A stretch of 26,591 nucleotides of DNA from positions 1 to 26,591 of IMG/VR virus record IMGVR_UViG_3300002098_000134, one strand, 5' to 3'. Position 1 is the stretch's first letter, and every line of letters begins with the position of its first letter. Shown one piece after another: positions 1-10,263 of this stretch. The DNA comes from a virus (Duplodnaviria; Caudoviricetes). The notes under the pieces are model-generated. The model made no database searches. It was not told the DNA's origin and saw only the letters and a list, made by a program, of their open reading frames with translations. The position numbers and the translations under genes were made by a program.

Positions 1-48
1 TTTTTCTTAATTAATTTATACTAAATTACCTTATTTAAAGGAAAAATA

Positions 49-381
49 ATGGCATATGATTCAGCGTTTTCTCCTTTTGGGGCAACTTATTTAGTCGGAA
101 CTTCGGCTGTTCAAGCTAAAACCAATAACAATATTTACCCTACTGCTTATCGGATAATGAACTTAACATCGTCTATTGTTCGTGTAGGTTGGGCTCCTCA
201 AGAGCCTAATGATGCAACTGTAACGCCTGTTGCTACGACTCCTACTGCGGCTGGTATTGCTAATGTATTGTCTATTCCTGCATTGGGTGTTGCTGTATTT
301 AGCGGTATTCCACCTAATGCTTGGTTCATAGCTAGTGCGGCAACAAGCCTTGAAATTACTCCAGGTGAAGGTAAACTTTAA
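49..381 (+). CDS. Small beta-rich putative virion protein (possible head decoration)
   Basis: 110 aa ORF with AAGGA RBS; Thr/Ala-rich; first gene of the structural run, coupled by TAATG to the next gene. Confidence 0.6.
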   Translation: MAYDSAFSPFGATYLVGTSAVQAKTNNNIYPTAYRIMNLTSSIVRVGWAPQEPNDATVTPVATTPTAAGIANVLSIPALGVAVFSGIPPNAWFIASAATSLEITPGEGKL

Positions 382-938
382 TGGATACCAATCAAGTAGC
401 TTCAACCGTAACAACTAATATTGTTCCAGTTCAAGCAGTATTTAATACTGCTGGTGTTTGTTTGGGTTTAATTGGTCCTGCTGGCGTTTATTTTAGCCCT
501 CCATTAACAAATGACACCATTACTGGCGCTACTATTGACAGTTCAATTATTGGTGGAACAACGCCTGCGGCTGTAAGCGCAACTACTTTATCCGCAAGCG
601 GTAATTTTTCTGTGGCTGGAAAGTTGCATATTTCAGCAACAGCACCAACTATTGCTTCAGGATTTGGTACTGCCCCAACAATTACTGCATTTAATACATC
701 AGCATTTAAAATTGTTGTTGGTACGGGTGGTGCGGCAAATGGAGTTATTACTCTGCCTGCGGCTCCTAATGGATGGGTTGCTTATGCTCAAGATGTTACT
801 AGCGGAACAAGTTTGTTTTTACAGCAAACAGCAAGTAGCACAACTTCAGTTACATTAACTAGCTTTAGTATTACTTTGGGTGTTGCGGCCAATATGACGG
901 CTGGCGATGTTATCTTAGTAATGGCATTTCCTTATTAA
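381..938 (+). CDS. Putative virion fibre/decoration protein
   Basis: 185 aa Thr/Ala/Gly-rich; ITGATIDSSIIGGTTPAA fibre-shaft-like repeat also present in the next gene. Confidence 0.6.
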   Translation: MDTNQVASTVTTNIVPVQAVFNTAGVCLGLIGPAGVYFSPPLTNDTITGATIDSSIIGGTTPAAVSATTLSASGNFSVAGKLHISATAPTIASGFGTAPTITAFNTSAFKIVVGTGGAANGVITLPAAPNGWVAYAQDVTSGTSLFLQQTASSTTSVTLTSFSITLGVAANMTAGDVILVMAFPY

Positions 939-946
939 GGGTTTTT

Positions 947-3391
947 ATGGCTAGTCCTGCTAATTCTACTGTTCAGAATCTATTGCCTGTTCAGGCCTAT
1001 TTCAATGTAGACGGAAGTTTTAATACATTTATAGGTCAAGGCGTACCGTTTTATGCGACTGCTAATCCTGTTCAATCAGGGTTAACCATTACTAATAGCA
1101 CCATTAATAGCACTACGATTGGGGCTTTAGTTCCATCAACAGGTGTATTTAGTAGCGGTCAAGTAAATGCAACTCCTGTAGGTTCTACAGATATTGCAAA
1201 TAAACAATATGTCGATTCAGTAGCGGCAGGACTTAGTTGGAAAGCACCAGTAGCAGTCGCAACATTAGTTAATATTACGCTGTCAGGTTTACAAACTATT
1301 GATACCTATACAACGCTTTCAGGCGATAGAGTTTTGGTTAAAAACCAATCTACTGCCGCAAATAACGGTATTTATATAGCTTCTTCAACAGCTTGGACTC
1401 GTTCTACAGATGCAGATACTTGGAATGAATTTCTTGGCGCTATTACTTTTGTTGAGTATGGTACACAAGCAAATTCAGCTTGGTATTGCTCTGCACAACC
1501 AGGCGGTACTTTAGGTGTTACAGCATTAAATTGGGCAAGTTTTAGCGTATCAGCTACTTATACAGCAGGCACAGGGTTAACCCTAACTGGCTATCAATTT
1601 AACATTACAAATACAGGCGTTACAGCAAATACTTATGGTTCAGCAAGCGCTGTTCCTGTAATTGCAGTAAACGCTCAAGGTCAGATTACCTCAGCTACAA
1701 CTACGACTATTGCTATTACCAATACTCAGGTTTCAGGTCTTGGCACAATGTCAACCCAAAATGCCAATGCTGTAGCTATTACAGGCGGCACAATTGAAGG
1801 AACGACTGTAGGGGCTACTACGGCTACAACAGTTCGTGGCACTACCATTACTGCAACTACGCAATTTACAGGCGCAGGAACGGGTTTAACAGGCACAGCA
1901 ACGAGTTTAAGTATTGGTGGTACTGCCGCTTTAGCAACAAGTATTGCTGGTGGTGCGGCAGGGTCAATTCATTATCAATCTGCAATTAATGTAACGGCTT
2001 TATTACCTATTGGCACAACAGGCCAAGTTTTAACAGTAGCCGCAGGACTACCATCTTGGGCAACTCCAACAACAGGAACGGTTACTTCTGTTAGCGGTAC
2101 AGGTACAGTAAATGGAATCACTTTAACTGGTACTGTTACTTCTAGCGGAAGTATTACTTTGGGTGGCACATTAGGTAGCATTGCTAATAGCCAACTAACC
2201 AACAGTTCTATTACTTTTGGTGCAACTGCCGCCGCTTTGGGTACAACAGTAAGTGGCTTTAATGCCGTAACGATTGGTGCTACAACTGCATCGACAGGCG
2301 CATTTACTTATTTATCTACAAGTTCAACAACAAGCACTACGCCTACATTAAGTTTTAATGCGGCAACTTCACCATTAGCTATGGGCGGCACTGTTTCAGG
2401 TTCTTATTTGCAAGCAATTATGCAAAATAAGAGCGCAACTGCTGGAGCTTCTACCAATTATGTATTAAGCAACGATTCAGGTACAGATTCAAGCTATTAC
2501 GGTGAATTTGGCATGAATTCATCAGTATTTAGCTCATCTACGCCTGCTGATTTTTTCTCAATTAATAACGGTGTTTACTTTTCAGGGCATGACGGTGATA
2601 TAACGGTAGGTTCAGGCAATGGCTATAAAACTTATTTTGCTTGGGGAAGCACAGGCCAATCAGCCCATGTAATCAATACTACAGGCGCTATTGGTTTAAA
2701 TACTAATTTAGGTACAATTCCAGCTTTAAGTGGAACAACCAATTTTGGTACATCAGGTCAAGTTTTAACTTCGGCTGGTTCTGCGGCAACTCCTACTTGG
2801 ACTACGCCTTTTGCTGGTTTAGCCATTACTGATGACACAAGCACTAACGCAAGTCGTTATTTAACGATTACAAGCGCTACAAGCGGCACAATTACTGCGG
2901 CTAATACTAGCTCTACCAAACTTAGTTATAACCCGTCTACAGGGCTTTTGAGTTTTATTTCGGCTACTATGGCTGGCACTACAAGTGGCTATGGATTTAA
3001 AACACCTAATATTGCTGAACCATCGACTGTTTCGGCAACTGCGGCAACAGGCACAATTAACTATGATGTAACTACTCAATCAGTTCTTTATTACACAAGT
3101 AATGCTTCTGCAAACTGGACAGTTAATTTTAGAGGCTCTAGCGGCACATCATTAAATACGCTAATGGCTACTAATGACACGATTGCAGTTACTTTTATGG
3201 TTACTCAAGGTTCTACGGCTTATTACAACAATGCTTATACGATTGACGGTACAACAGTAGTTCCTAAATGGGCTGGTGGTACTGCTCCAACAAGCGGAAA
3301 TGCTAGTGGTATTGATGTTTATAACTATGTTATTACCAAAACTGCCTCTGCTACTTATACTGTTTTAGCTTCACAAACTCAGTTTAAATAA
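947..3391 (+). CDS. Long fibre protein (tail or head fibre)
   Basis: 814 aa; DIANKQYVD..GLSWKAPV, NITLSGLQTID, GDRVLVKNQ..NGIY motifs typical of phage fibres; GQVLT..G..PSW and GTVTSV shaft motifs; beta-rich C-terminal domain. Confidence 0.8.
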   Translation: MASPANSTVQNLLPVQAYFNVDGSFNTFIGQGVPFYATANPVQSGLTITNSTINSTTIGALVPSTGVFSSGQVNATPVGSTDIANKQYVDSVAAGLSWKAPVAVATLVNITLSGLQTIDTYTTLSGDRVLVKNQSTAANNGIYIASSTAWTRSTDADTWNEFLGAITFVEYGTQANSAWYCSAQPGGTLGVTALNWASFSVSATYTAGTGLTLTGYQFNITNTGVTANTYGSASAVPVIAVNAQGQITSATTTTIAITNTQVSGLGTMSTQNANAVAITGGTIEGTTVGATTATTVRGTTITATTQFTGAGTGLTGTATSLSIGGTAALATSIAGGAAGSIHYQSAINVTALLPIGTTGQVLTVAAGLPSWATPTTGTVTSVSGTGTVNGITLTGTVTSSGSITLGGTLGSIANSQLTNSSITFGATAAALGTTVSGFNAVTIGATTASTGAFTYLSTSSTTSTTPTLSFNAATSPLAMGGTVSGSYLQAIMQNKSATAGASTNYVLSNDSGTDSSYYGEFGMNSSVFSSSTPADFFSINNGVYFSGHDGDITVGSGNGYKTYFAWGSTGQSAHVINTTGAIGLNTNLGTIPALSGTTNFGTSGQVLTSAGSAATPTWTTPFAGLAITDDTSTNASRYLTITSATSGTITAANTSSTKLSYNPSTGLLSFISATMAGTTSGYGFKTPNIAEPSTVSATAATGTINYDVTTQSVLYYTSNASANWTVNFRGSSGTSLNTLMATNDTIAVTFMVTQGSTAYYNNAYTIDGTTVVPKWAGGTAPTSGNASGIDVYNYVITKTASATYTVLASQTQFK

Positions 3392-5061
3392 TGCCTAGAT
3401 TATCCAAAATCGGAGCCGCTTCATTAGCCGCCTTTGGTTGGACTACTGGCGTTTCTACCGTTTCTGCTAATTATTTATCTGTTGCTGGCGGCGGTGGAGG
3501 AGGCGGCGGTGAATCAACAAACGGTGCTGGTGGCGGCGGTGGTGGTGCTGGCGCAGGAGGATATTTAACTAGTTCATTTAATTTAAGCCTTATAAACACT
3601 TACACTATTACAGTAGGTGGTGGTGGTACAGGTGGAGTTAGTAATGGAAGTAATGCTGGAGCTGGTACTCAAGGCTCAAATTCATCTATTTCTGGCACAG
3701 GAATTACTACAGTAACCTCTATTGGTGGTGGATATGGTTCTGCTGAAGGACAAGGCGGTGCAGGTGTAGGTGGTTCAGGCGGTGGTGCTGGAGGTGACTT
3801 TGGTGGTCAAGCTAATGGAACTACTGGTCAAGGTTTTGGTGGTGGCGGTTCAAACAACAGAAGCGGTGGAGGCGGTGGTGGAGCAGGAGCAATAGGTTCA
3901 AATGCTACTACTGGCGGCGGTATTGGCGGCACAGGAACTTCCACTTCAATTTCAGGTAGCTCAGTAACTTATGCTGGTGGTGGTGGTGGTGGTGGTGGTA
4001 GCGGTTCACAAGTTTCTGCTTCTGGTGGTACTGGAGGCGGCGGTACAGGTGGCGCTTCTCAAGCTAGTGGCGTTGGTGGTGGTTCTACAGGCGGTGGAAA
4101 CGGAACAGAAAATCTTGGTGGTGGTGGCGGTGGAACTGGCGCTGGTAATAACCCAAGCGGTGGTTCAGGTGGTGCTGGCATAGTTATTATTTCTTATGTT
4201 GCGGCTACTCCAAAATTCACAGGTGGAACTATTACATCTTCTGGTGGAAATACTATTCATACATTTACTAGTAGTGGTAGTTTAACTGGAGGATATTCTG
4301 CATATTCAGCCTCTTATTTAATTGTTGCTGGCGGTGGTGGTTCGGTTTCTGGTGATATTTCAGGTGGTGGTGGTGCTGGTGGTTATTTAACAGGCTCAAC
4401 TACATTAGTTAAAACTGTTGTTTATACAATTACTGTTGGTGCTGGTGGTAGTAGTTCAGGTAGTAATTCTTCAATTACTGGATTAACTGCGGCTATTGGA
4501 GGTGGTTTTGGTGGTCGTGGTGGTTCAGGTGGAAATGGTGGTTCTGGTGGTGGATATAGAACGGATGTAGGAGGAGCAACTTATGGAACTGGAACTTCTG
4601 GTCAAGGAAATAATGGTGGTAGCGGAACAGTTACGGGTGGTTCAGGCGGTGGTGGAGCTAGTGCCGCAGGAGGTAATACAGTAACAAGTAGCTATGGCGC
4701 AAATGGCGGCAATGGTTCTGCTTCTTCAATAACTGGTTCTTCAGTAACTTATGCTGGCGGTGGCGGCGGTGGTGGTAATGGCAATCCTGGCGGTACTGGC
4801 GGGTCAGGCGGTTCAGGTGGTGGTGGTAATGGTGCGGCAAATTCTGGCGCAGTTGGAGATAACGGAACAGCTAATACTGGAGGCGGTGGCGGCGGTGGCG
4901 GTGTAAGTTCTTCTACTGGTGGTTCTGGTGGTTCTGGTGTAGTTATTTTATCTATTCCAACTGCTAGTTATTCTGGTACAACAACAGGAAGCCCAACAAT
5001 CACTACCTCTAGCGGGAATACCATATTAAAATACACAGCTAGTGGTACTTATACAGCTTAA
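3391..5061 (+). CDS. Glycine-rich adhesin-like virion protein with two tandem Gly-rich domains
   Basis: Two copies of the pattern YL.VAGGG...GGGGAGGYL...YTITVG.GG...SSVTYAGGGGG...GGSG..G.VI.S; TAATG-coupled to the fibre gene. Confidence 0.75.
   Translation: MPRLSKIGAASLAAFGWTTGVSTVSANYLSVAGGGGGGGGESTNGAGGGGGGAGAGGYLTSSFNLSLINTYTITVGGGGTGGVSNGSNAGAGTQGSNSSISGTGITTVTSIGGGYGSAEGQGGAGVGGSGGGAGGDFGGQANGTTGQGFGGGGSNNRSGGGGGGAGAIGSNATTGGGIGGTGTSTSISGSSVTYAGGGGGGGGSGSQVSASGGTGGGGTGGASQASGVGGGSTGGGNGTENLGGGGGGTGAGNNPSGGSGGAGIVIISYVAATPKFTGGTITSSGGNTIHTFTSSGSLTGGYSAYSASYLIVAGGGGSVSGDISGGGGAGGYLTGSTTLVKTVVYTITVGAGGSSSGSNSSITGLTAAIGGGFGGRGGSGGNGGSGGGYRTDVGGATYGTGTSGQGNNGGSGTVTGGSGGGGASAAGGNTVTSSYGANGGNGSASSITGSSVTYAGGGGGGGNGNPGGTGGSGGSGGGGNGAANSGAVGDNGTANTGGGGGGGGVSSSTGGSGGSGVVILSIPTASYSGTTTGSPTITTSSGNTILKYTASGTYTA
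3976..3999 (+). repeat. Perfect (GGT)8 trinucleotide tract encoding poly-Gly
   Basis: Read directly from the sequence. Confidence 0.95.
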
Positions 5062-5072
5062 AGGAGCATTAA

Positions 5073-5486
5073 ATGACATATTTTGCAAAATGCGAGCCGA
5101 CATCGGAGGCATCAAAGTTTTTAGTAGACCAAGTTATTTCAGCAGACCAAGAGTTTGTTGATACACAGCCTGGAATGTGGGTTCAAACCTCATATAACAC
5201 TTATGGAAATGTGCATTACGCACCATCTCCTCCTGCCGAGCCTCATACACCTGACGGTGGAGTTCCTTTGCGTGCTAATTATGCTGGCATTGGATATACC
5301 TACGATAATTCAGTAGTTATTGACGGAGTAGTAGGCGTTTTTTATGCTCCACAACCTTATCCTAGCTGGTCTTTAGATACGGCTACTTATTTATGGATTC
5401 CTCCAAATCCACCTGGTCCTGCTCCAACTGAAGGCGGCCCTTGGTATTGGGACGAGGCTACATTATCTTGGGTAACAACTCCATAA
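5073..5486 (+). CDS. Trp/Pro-rich phage protein accompanying Gly-rich fibre proteins
   Basis: 137 aa, GGAG RBS; WVQTSYN, RANYAGIGYTYD, PQPYPSWSLD, WYWDEATLSW motifs. Confidence 0.7.
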   Translation: MTYFAKCEPTSEASKFLVDQVISADQEFVDTQPGMWVQTSYNTYGNVHYAPSPPAEPHTPDGGVPLRANYAGIGYTYDNSVVIDGVVGVFYAPQPYPSWSLDTATYLWIPPNPPGPAPTEGGPWYWDEATLSWVTTP

Positions 5487-5496
5487 GGAATAAATT

Positions 5497-6546
5497 ATGT
5501 CACAGCTAGTATTTTTATCAGTTTCAGGAGGTTCGACTACTTTAAATGGTACGAATACTGCTGGCACATATAATTTAACGGTTCCTGCCGCTAATGGAAC
5601 TCTTTTATATCAAGATGCTACAGGATATATTACATTTACCAATGTAACGATAACTGGTCTTTTAAGCCTTACTGGAACTGGCGCTTTTAAATTGCCAGTA
5701 GGTAATACTGCACAAAGACCAACTCCCGTAGCTGGTCAAATTCGCTATAACACCGATGGCGGTGGACTTTATGAAGTTTATTTACCAGCCGTATCTGCAT
5801 GGTACAAAATTGTTACTGCGGCTGAGGGTGCTTATACCGTTACTTATGTTGTTATGGGCGGTGGTGGTGGAGGTCAAGGCGGCGGTGGCGGTGCTGGTCA
5901 ATATTTAGCAAGCACTTTTTCAGTTATTCCAACCACTTCTTTTACTTTCTATGTGGGTGCTGGTGGTTCTTCAGGTTCAAGTGGAAATGATAGTTATTCT
6001 TTAGGCGTATTTGATGCTGTTGGCGGTGGTTCAGGTTTTGCAGGCGCTAGTTCTGGTGGTACTTCAGGCAATAATTATGCTGGCGGTATTAACACAGGTG
6101 GCGGTGGCGGAGGTTCAGGCGGTGGTGGTGGAGCAACAACTGGTGGCGGCAATGGTGGAAACGCTGATGGTGGTACTGGTGGTGCAGGCGCTCAAACTTT
6201 AATTACTGGTACTTCAATCTATTTAGGCGGTGGTGGTGGTGGTTACGCTGGTAACGGTGGAACGCCTGGCGCTGGCGGTACTGGAGGCGGTGGCGGTGGT
6301 GGTAGCTATACTGCGGCAGGACCATCATATAGTTCAGGTTCAAATGGTTCAACCAACACAGGTGGCGGTGGTGGCGGTAGTCCAAGTCCAGCTTCTCCAT
6401 CTTCAACTAATGGTGGTTCAGGAAAAATTATTATTTCCATGCCAACTGTTAATTACACAGGAACAACTACTGGAAGTCCTACTGTAATTACAAGCGGCTC
6501 AAATACTATCTTAGTCTATAACGCTTCGGGAACCTACACAGGATGA
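5497..6546 (+). CDS. Second fibre/adhesin with C-terminal Gly-rich domain
   Basis: 349 aa; LPVGNTAQRP..GQIRYNT fibre motif followed by a Gly-rich domain whose C-terminus (YTGTTTGSPTV..TILVYNASGTYTG) matches that of 3391..5061. Confidence 0.75.
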   Translation: MSQLVFLSVSGGSTTLNGTNTAGTYNLTVPAANGTLLYQDATGYITFTNVTITGLLSLTGTGAFKLPVGNTAQRPTPVAGQIRYNTDGGGLYEVYLPAVSAWYKIVTAAEGAYTVTYVVMGGGGGGQGGGGGAGQYLASTFSVIPTTSFTFYVGAGGSSGSSGNDSYSLGVFDAVGGGSGFAGASSGGTSGNNYAGGINTGGGGGGSGGGGGATTGGGNGGNADGGTGGAGAQTLITGTSIYLGGGGGGYAGNGGTPGAGGTGGGGGGGSYTAAGPSYSSGSNGSTNTGGGGGGSPSPASPSSTNGGSGKIIISMPTVNYTGTTTGSPTVITSGSNTILVYNASGTYTG

Positions 6547-6848
6547 TTTTTACTTGGAAAATAATTGATGTTTTTGCAGAACAAAGTGCAATAACTCAAG
6601 TCAAATATAGCGTTATTGCTACTGATGGTGAAAAATCAGTTTCGACTGAGGGTTATTGGACTTTTTTAGATAAAGAACATCAAATATATGAACAAACTTC
6701 CGAAAAAGATTTAATTAGCTGGATTAAAAACGAATCAGTTATTGATGATGTTTGCATTATTGAGGCTAATTTAGAAAAGCAATTAAATGCAACACAAGAT
6801 ATAGTTAAAAAACCTTGGGTAAAACCAACATTTACAGTCAAAATTTAA
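6543..6848 (+). CDS. Hypothetical fibre-associated protein (possible chaperone)
   Basis: 101 aa, ATGA-coupled; C-terminal KPW motif; follows the fibre genes. Confidence 0.55.
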   Translation: MIFTWKIIDVFAEQSAITQVKYSVIATDGEKSVSTEGYWTFLDKEHQIYEQTSEKDLISWIKNESVIDDVCIIEANLEKQLNATQDIVKKPWVKPTFTVKI

Positions 6849-6857
6849 CGGATTACT

Positions 6858-8057
6858 ATGACTACTCCAATTGAAATCATATCTAGAGCATTAAAGGATA
6901 TTGGCGCATTAGAAGCTGGTGAAATTCCAACACCTGATGCCTCGCAAGATGCCCTAGATATGCTTAATGACCTTATTGACCAATGGTCAAATGAAGGCAT
7001 GATGGTCTACAATGTGACCGAAATTGTATTTCCTTTAATTGCAGGACAAACTCAATACACTATTGGCCCTGACCCTAGCACAGCTAATTACATTGGCGCT
7101 TCAATTACAGGCTCAATTGTAGGCAAAATTTTAACTGTTACAAACGCAACTACTGGTGCTGTGGCATTAGGGCAAACCCTTAAAGGCATTGGAATTAATG
7201 GCGTAGCAACTAAGATTGTTGAATTCTTAACAGGCGCTGGCGGTAATGTAAATGAAGCTGGTACTTACAGGCTTAATCTTGATTCTACGACTCCTGCCCC
7301 TGTTTTTACTGCTTCGATTTCAGGCACAACTTTAAATGTTACAGCTATTGCAACAGGTTATTTAGGAGTTGGCGCAGTTGTTAGCGGAACTGGAGTAACG
7401 GCAGGAACAACTATAACGGCTGTTTTAAGCGCTTCAGGTGGAATTGGTACATACACAGTCAGCGCAAGCCAAACAGTCGGTAGCGGGGCTATGACAGCTA
7501 CAGTCACGCCTATTCCTATTACTCTTTACTATCAAAAGCCATTGGGTATCGATTCGGCATTTGTGCGGATTAATACGACTAGCAATGGACAGCCTATTTA
7601 TGGCGGTGGTTTAGATTATCAGGTTAGCATTTTAGCCCTTGAAAACTATAACCAAATTGGCTTAAAGACTTTAAATGGCCCTTGGCCTAAAGCCTTGTAT
7701 TACAACGCTGGCGCAGAATCAGGCAATTTAACAGTTTGGCCTAATCCATCGCAAGGTGAAATGCACCTGTTTACATCAACTATTTATAGTACCTATGACG
7801 ACCTTTATGAAAACATAGCTTTTCCTCAAGGTTACGCAATGTGTTTAAGATGGAATTTAGCTGAACGGCTAATGCCTATGTATGGCAAAGTAAATCCAAC
7901 TCAAATTGAAATGATTAATTCTTATGCCGCACAAGCTAAAGCTACTTTAAAGCGCACCAATATGAAACCAGTTATGACAGCTAGTTACCCTGATTCCATG
8001 TTATCTAGCCGAGCTAAAGATGCGGGCTGGATTCTTAACGGTGGGTTCACAGGCTAA
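6858..8057 (+). CDS. P22 gp4-like head-to-tail connector with about 140 aa beta-repeat insertion
   Basis: N-terminal [15 protein letters not shown]...[14 protein letters not shown] and C-terminal FPQGY...[12 protein letters not shown] match gp4-type adaptors; lies directly before the gp10-like gene. Confidence 0.75.
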   Translation: MTTPIEIISRALKDIGALEAGEIPTPDASQDALDMLNDLIDQWSNEGMMVYNVTEIVFPLIAGQTQYTIGPDPSTANYIGASITGSIVGKILTVTNATTGAVALGQTLKGIGINGVATKIVEFLTGAGGNVNEAGTYRLNLDSTTPAPVFTASISGTTLNVTAIATGYLGVGAVVSGTGVTAGTTITAVLSASGGIGTYTVSASQTVGSGAMTATVTPIPITLYYQKPLGIDSAFVRINTTSNGQPIYGGGLDYQVSILALENYNQIGLKTLNGPWPKALYYNAGAESGNLTVWPNPSQGEMHLFTSTIYSTYDDLYENIAFPQGYAMCLRWNLAERLMPMYGKVNPTQIEMINSYAAQAKATLKRTNMKPVMTASYPDSMLSSRAKDAGWILNGGFTG

Positions 8058-10027
8058 TGGCTGACTTTGGCTTCGTAGGCGCTTCTTATGTAGCTCCTTC
8101 AATTTATCAAGATGACCAAGAGTGTATTAATTGGCGTTGCGAAATTGACCCTACAAAACAACAAGGCGAAAGAGGTATTGTTGCGCTTTATCCAACGCCA
8201 GGTCTTACCTTATTAACTACATTTCCAAATCAACAGGCTGTTAGAGGACTTAGAACTATATCTTCAGGCGGCTCTCAGCTTATAGCCGTATGTGGTCAAT
8301 ATGTTTACGCTGTTGCATATAATTTTCAACCTTCTATTATTGGGCAATTAAAATCATCAAGTGGCCCTGTAAGTATTTCAGATAATGGAGTTTATGTTTA
8401 TATAGTCGATGGCGCTAATCGTTATTCATGGCTTATAGATTTTCCTGATACTGTTTATATTGATGGTTATATTGCAGGAACTACTTTAAATATAAGTTCA
8501 ATTCAAAATGGCACTATTAGCATAGGTTCTCAAATATTTGGATTAGGAGTTTTGCCTGGAACTATTATTACTTCAGGCTCAGGATTTTTGTGGACTGTAA
8601 ATCAAACACAAAATACAACACCTCAAAGACTTAATACTGACCCTGCTAGTTGCGTTTTTACAGGTTCTATTTCAACTACAACTTTAACTGTTAGCGCTGT
8701 TTCACGAGGTAGCCTTCATGTAGGAACAACAATAATTGGCGCAGGAATACCAACAGGCGTAATTATTACAGCATTAGGAACTGGTACAGGTAGCACAGGA
8801 ACTTACACATTAAGTAGCTCATTAACAGTTAGTTCTGAAACAATGTATGCCCAACAATTTAGCATTTTACCTAGTTCTGATGGTGCTTTTACTGGTGGCG
8901 GCGTGGTTGATGTTAATGACAATTATTTTATTTATTCTAGACCTGGAAGTCAGCAATTTGCTATTTCTGATGTATTAAGTCCAATTACTCAGCCTTTAAG
9001 TTTTGCTAGTAAGTTTACAAGTCCTGATAATCTGGTATCGTTAATAGCAGACAATGGACAAGTCTATCTTTTAGGCGAAAAATCGTCTGAAGTTTGGGTA
9101 GACCAAGGCACTTTTCCTGTAGCCTATCAACGAGTGCCTGGTAGCTCTAATCAACAAGGCATTATTGCGCCATTTTCAGTAGCTAGGGTTGGCAATTTCT
9201 TTTGCTATGTTTCGCAAAATATTCGTGGACAAAATCAAGTCGTTTTAATGAACGGCTATATTCCACAGCGAGTTTCAACCCATGCTGTAGAGCAAAGCCT
9301 TTTAGACCAATATACGGCTGATGCCATTGCTTATACCTATCAGCTTGAAGGCCATGAAGTATATGTAGTTACATTCCCTACTATTGATATTACTTGGGCA
9401 TATGATTTAACTACTAATTTATGGCATAAATGGCTTTGGACAGATGGAAATAATCAATACCATCGGCATCGTAGTAATTGTGCCGCAGTTTTTCAAGATA
9501 TTGTAGTCGTTGGTGATTGGCAAAATGGCAATCTTTACCAATTAGACCAATCTGCTTATACCGATGCTGGTAGCGAAATTCGTAGATTAAGACGAGCGCC
9601 TCATATTCTTTCGGATTTACAAAGACAATATTTTGACGAATTACAGCTTCAATTTCAACCTGGAGTTGGTACAGGCGGTTTTTCTAGGGACAGGAATATC
9701 TATTTAGGCTCTTCTTACTATATTCCTGCAACAGGTTCTTTAGTTATAAATTACCAAGATATTGATGTTTTAGGTAATGTAGGGCAAATTACGCCTACTG
9801 ATGTTCTTTATAACCCAAAAGCTATGCTTCGTTGGTCAAATGATGGTGGTTCTACTTGGAGCAAAGAATACTGGCAAAACATAGGTCAACAAGGCAAATA
9901 CACCAATAGGGCTATTTGGAGGCGTTTAGGCTGGTCTAGGGACAGAATTTTTGAAGTAGTAGTAACTGACCCTATTAAGGCCGTTATCGTGTCAGCTAAC
10001 CTTAAAGCAAGCGAAGGAGATAATTAA
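8057..10027 (+). CDS. P22 gp10-like tail hub / packaged-DNA stabilization protein
   Basis: [75 protein letters not shown] motifs. Confidence 0.85.
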   Translation: MADFGFVGASYVAPSIYQDDQECINWRCEIDPTKQQGERGIVALYPTPGLTLLTTFPNQQAVRGLRTISSGGSQLIAVCGQYVYAVAYNFQPSIIGQLKSSSGPVSISDNGVYVYIVDGANRYSWLIDFPDTVYIDGYIAGTTLNISSIQNGTISIGSQIFGLGVLPGTIITSGSGFLWTVNQTQNTTPQRLNTDPASCVFTGSISTTTLTVSAVSRGSLHVGTTIIGAGIPTGVIITALGTGTGSTGTYTLSSSLTVSSETMYAQQFSILPSSDGAFTGGGVVDVNDNYFIYSRPGSQQFAISDVLSPITQPLSFASKFTSPDNLVSLIADNGQVYLLGEKSSEVWVDQGTFPVAYQRVPGSSNQQGIIAPFSVARVGNFFCYVSQNIRGQNQVVLMNGYIPQRVSTHAVEQSLLDQYTADAIAYTYQLEGHEVYVVTFPTIDITWAYDLTTNLWHKWLWTDGNNQYHRHRSNCAAVFQDIVVVGDWQNGNLYQLDQSAYTDAGSEIRRLRRAPHILSDLQRQYFDELQLQFQPGVGTGGFSRDRNIYLGSSYYIPATGSLVINYQDIDVLGNVGQITPTDVLYNPKAMLRWSNDGGSTWSKEYWQNIGQQGKYTNRAIWRRLGWSRDRIFEVVVTDPIKAVIVSANLKASEGDN

Positions 10028-10263
10028 TGGCTAATCAAATTTTTGCTGGCAAAACATTAAATCCTATTCCTCAGACGGATTTTTTAGATGAAACTACTAA
10101 AAGACCTACTAGGGCTTGGAGTACCTTTTTTTTAAATCTTTTGAACAATACTTCAGCTACTACAGCTACTGCTGGAAGTGCTTCTTTGCCTGCCGCTCCT
10201 GCTGGCTTTATGAATGTTTATGTTGATGGAAAGGCTTATAAAGTGCCTTATTACAATATATGA
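10027..10263 (+). CDS. Short protein at the tail-needle (gp26) position
   Basis: 78 aa, TAATG-coupled after the gp10-like gene; PIPQTDFLD..T.RPTRAW..FF N-terminus; the assignment is by synteny. Confidence 0.5.
   Translation: MANQIFAGKTLNPIPQTDFLDETTKRPTRAWSTFFLNLLNNTSATTATAGSASLPAAPAGFMNVYVDGKAYKVPYYNI

Noticed and set aside
3971-6487. Val-rich alternative-frame and His-rich antisense ORFs (3971..4183, 4658..4840, 6011..6202, 6203..6406, 6230..6487)
   Set aside because: Shadows of GGT/GGC poly-Gly codons in the real genes; no independent coding evidence.
3391-6546. Diversity-generating retroelement (TR/VR) acting on the adhesins
   Set aside because: No reverse transcriptase in the window, and the repeated segments differ at all base types rather than specifically at adenines.
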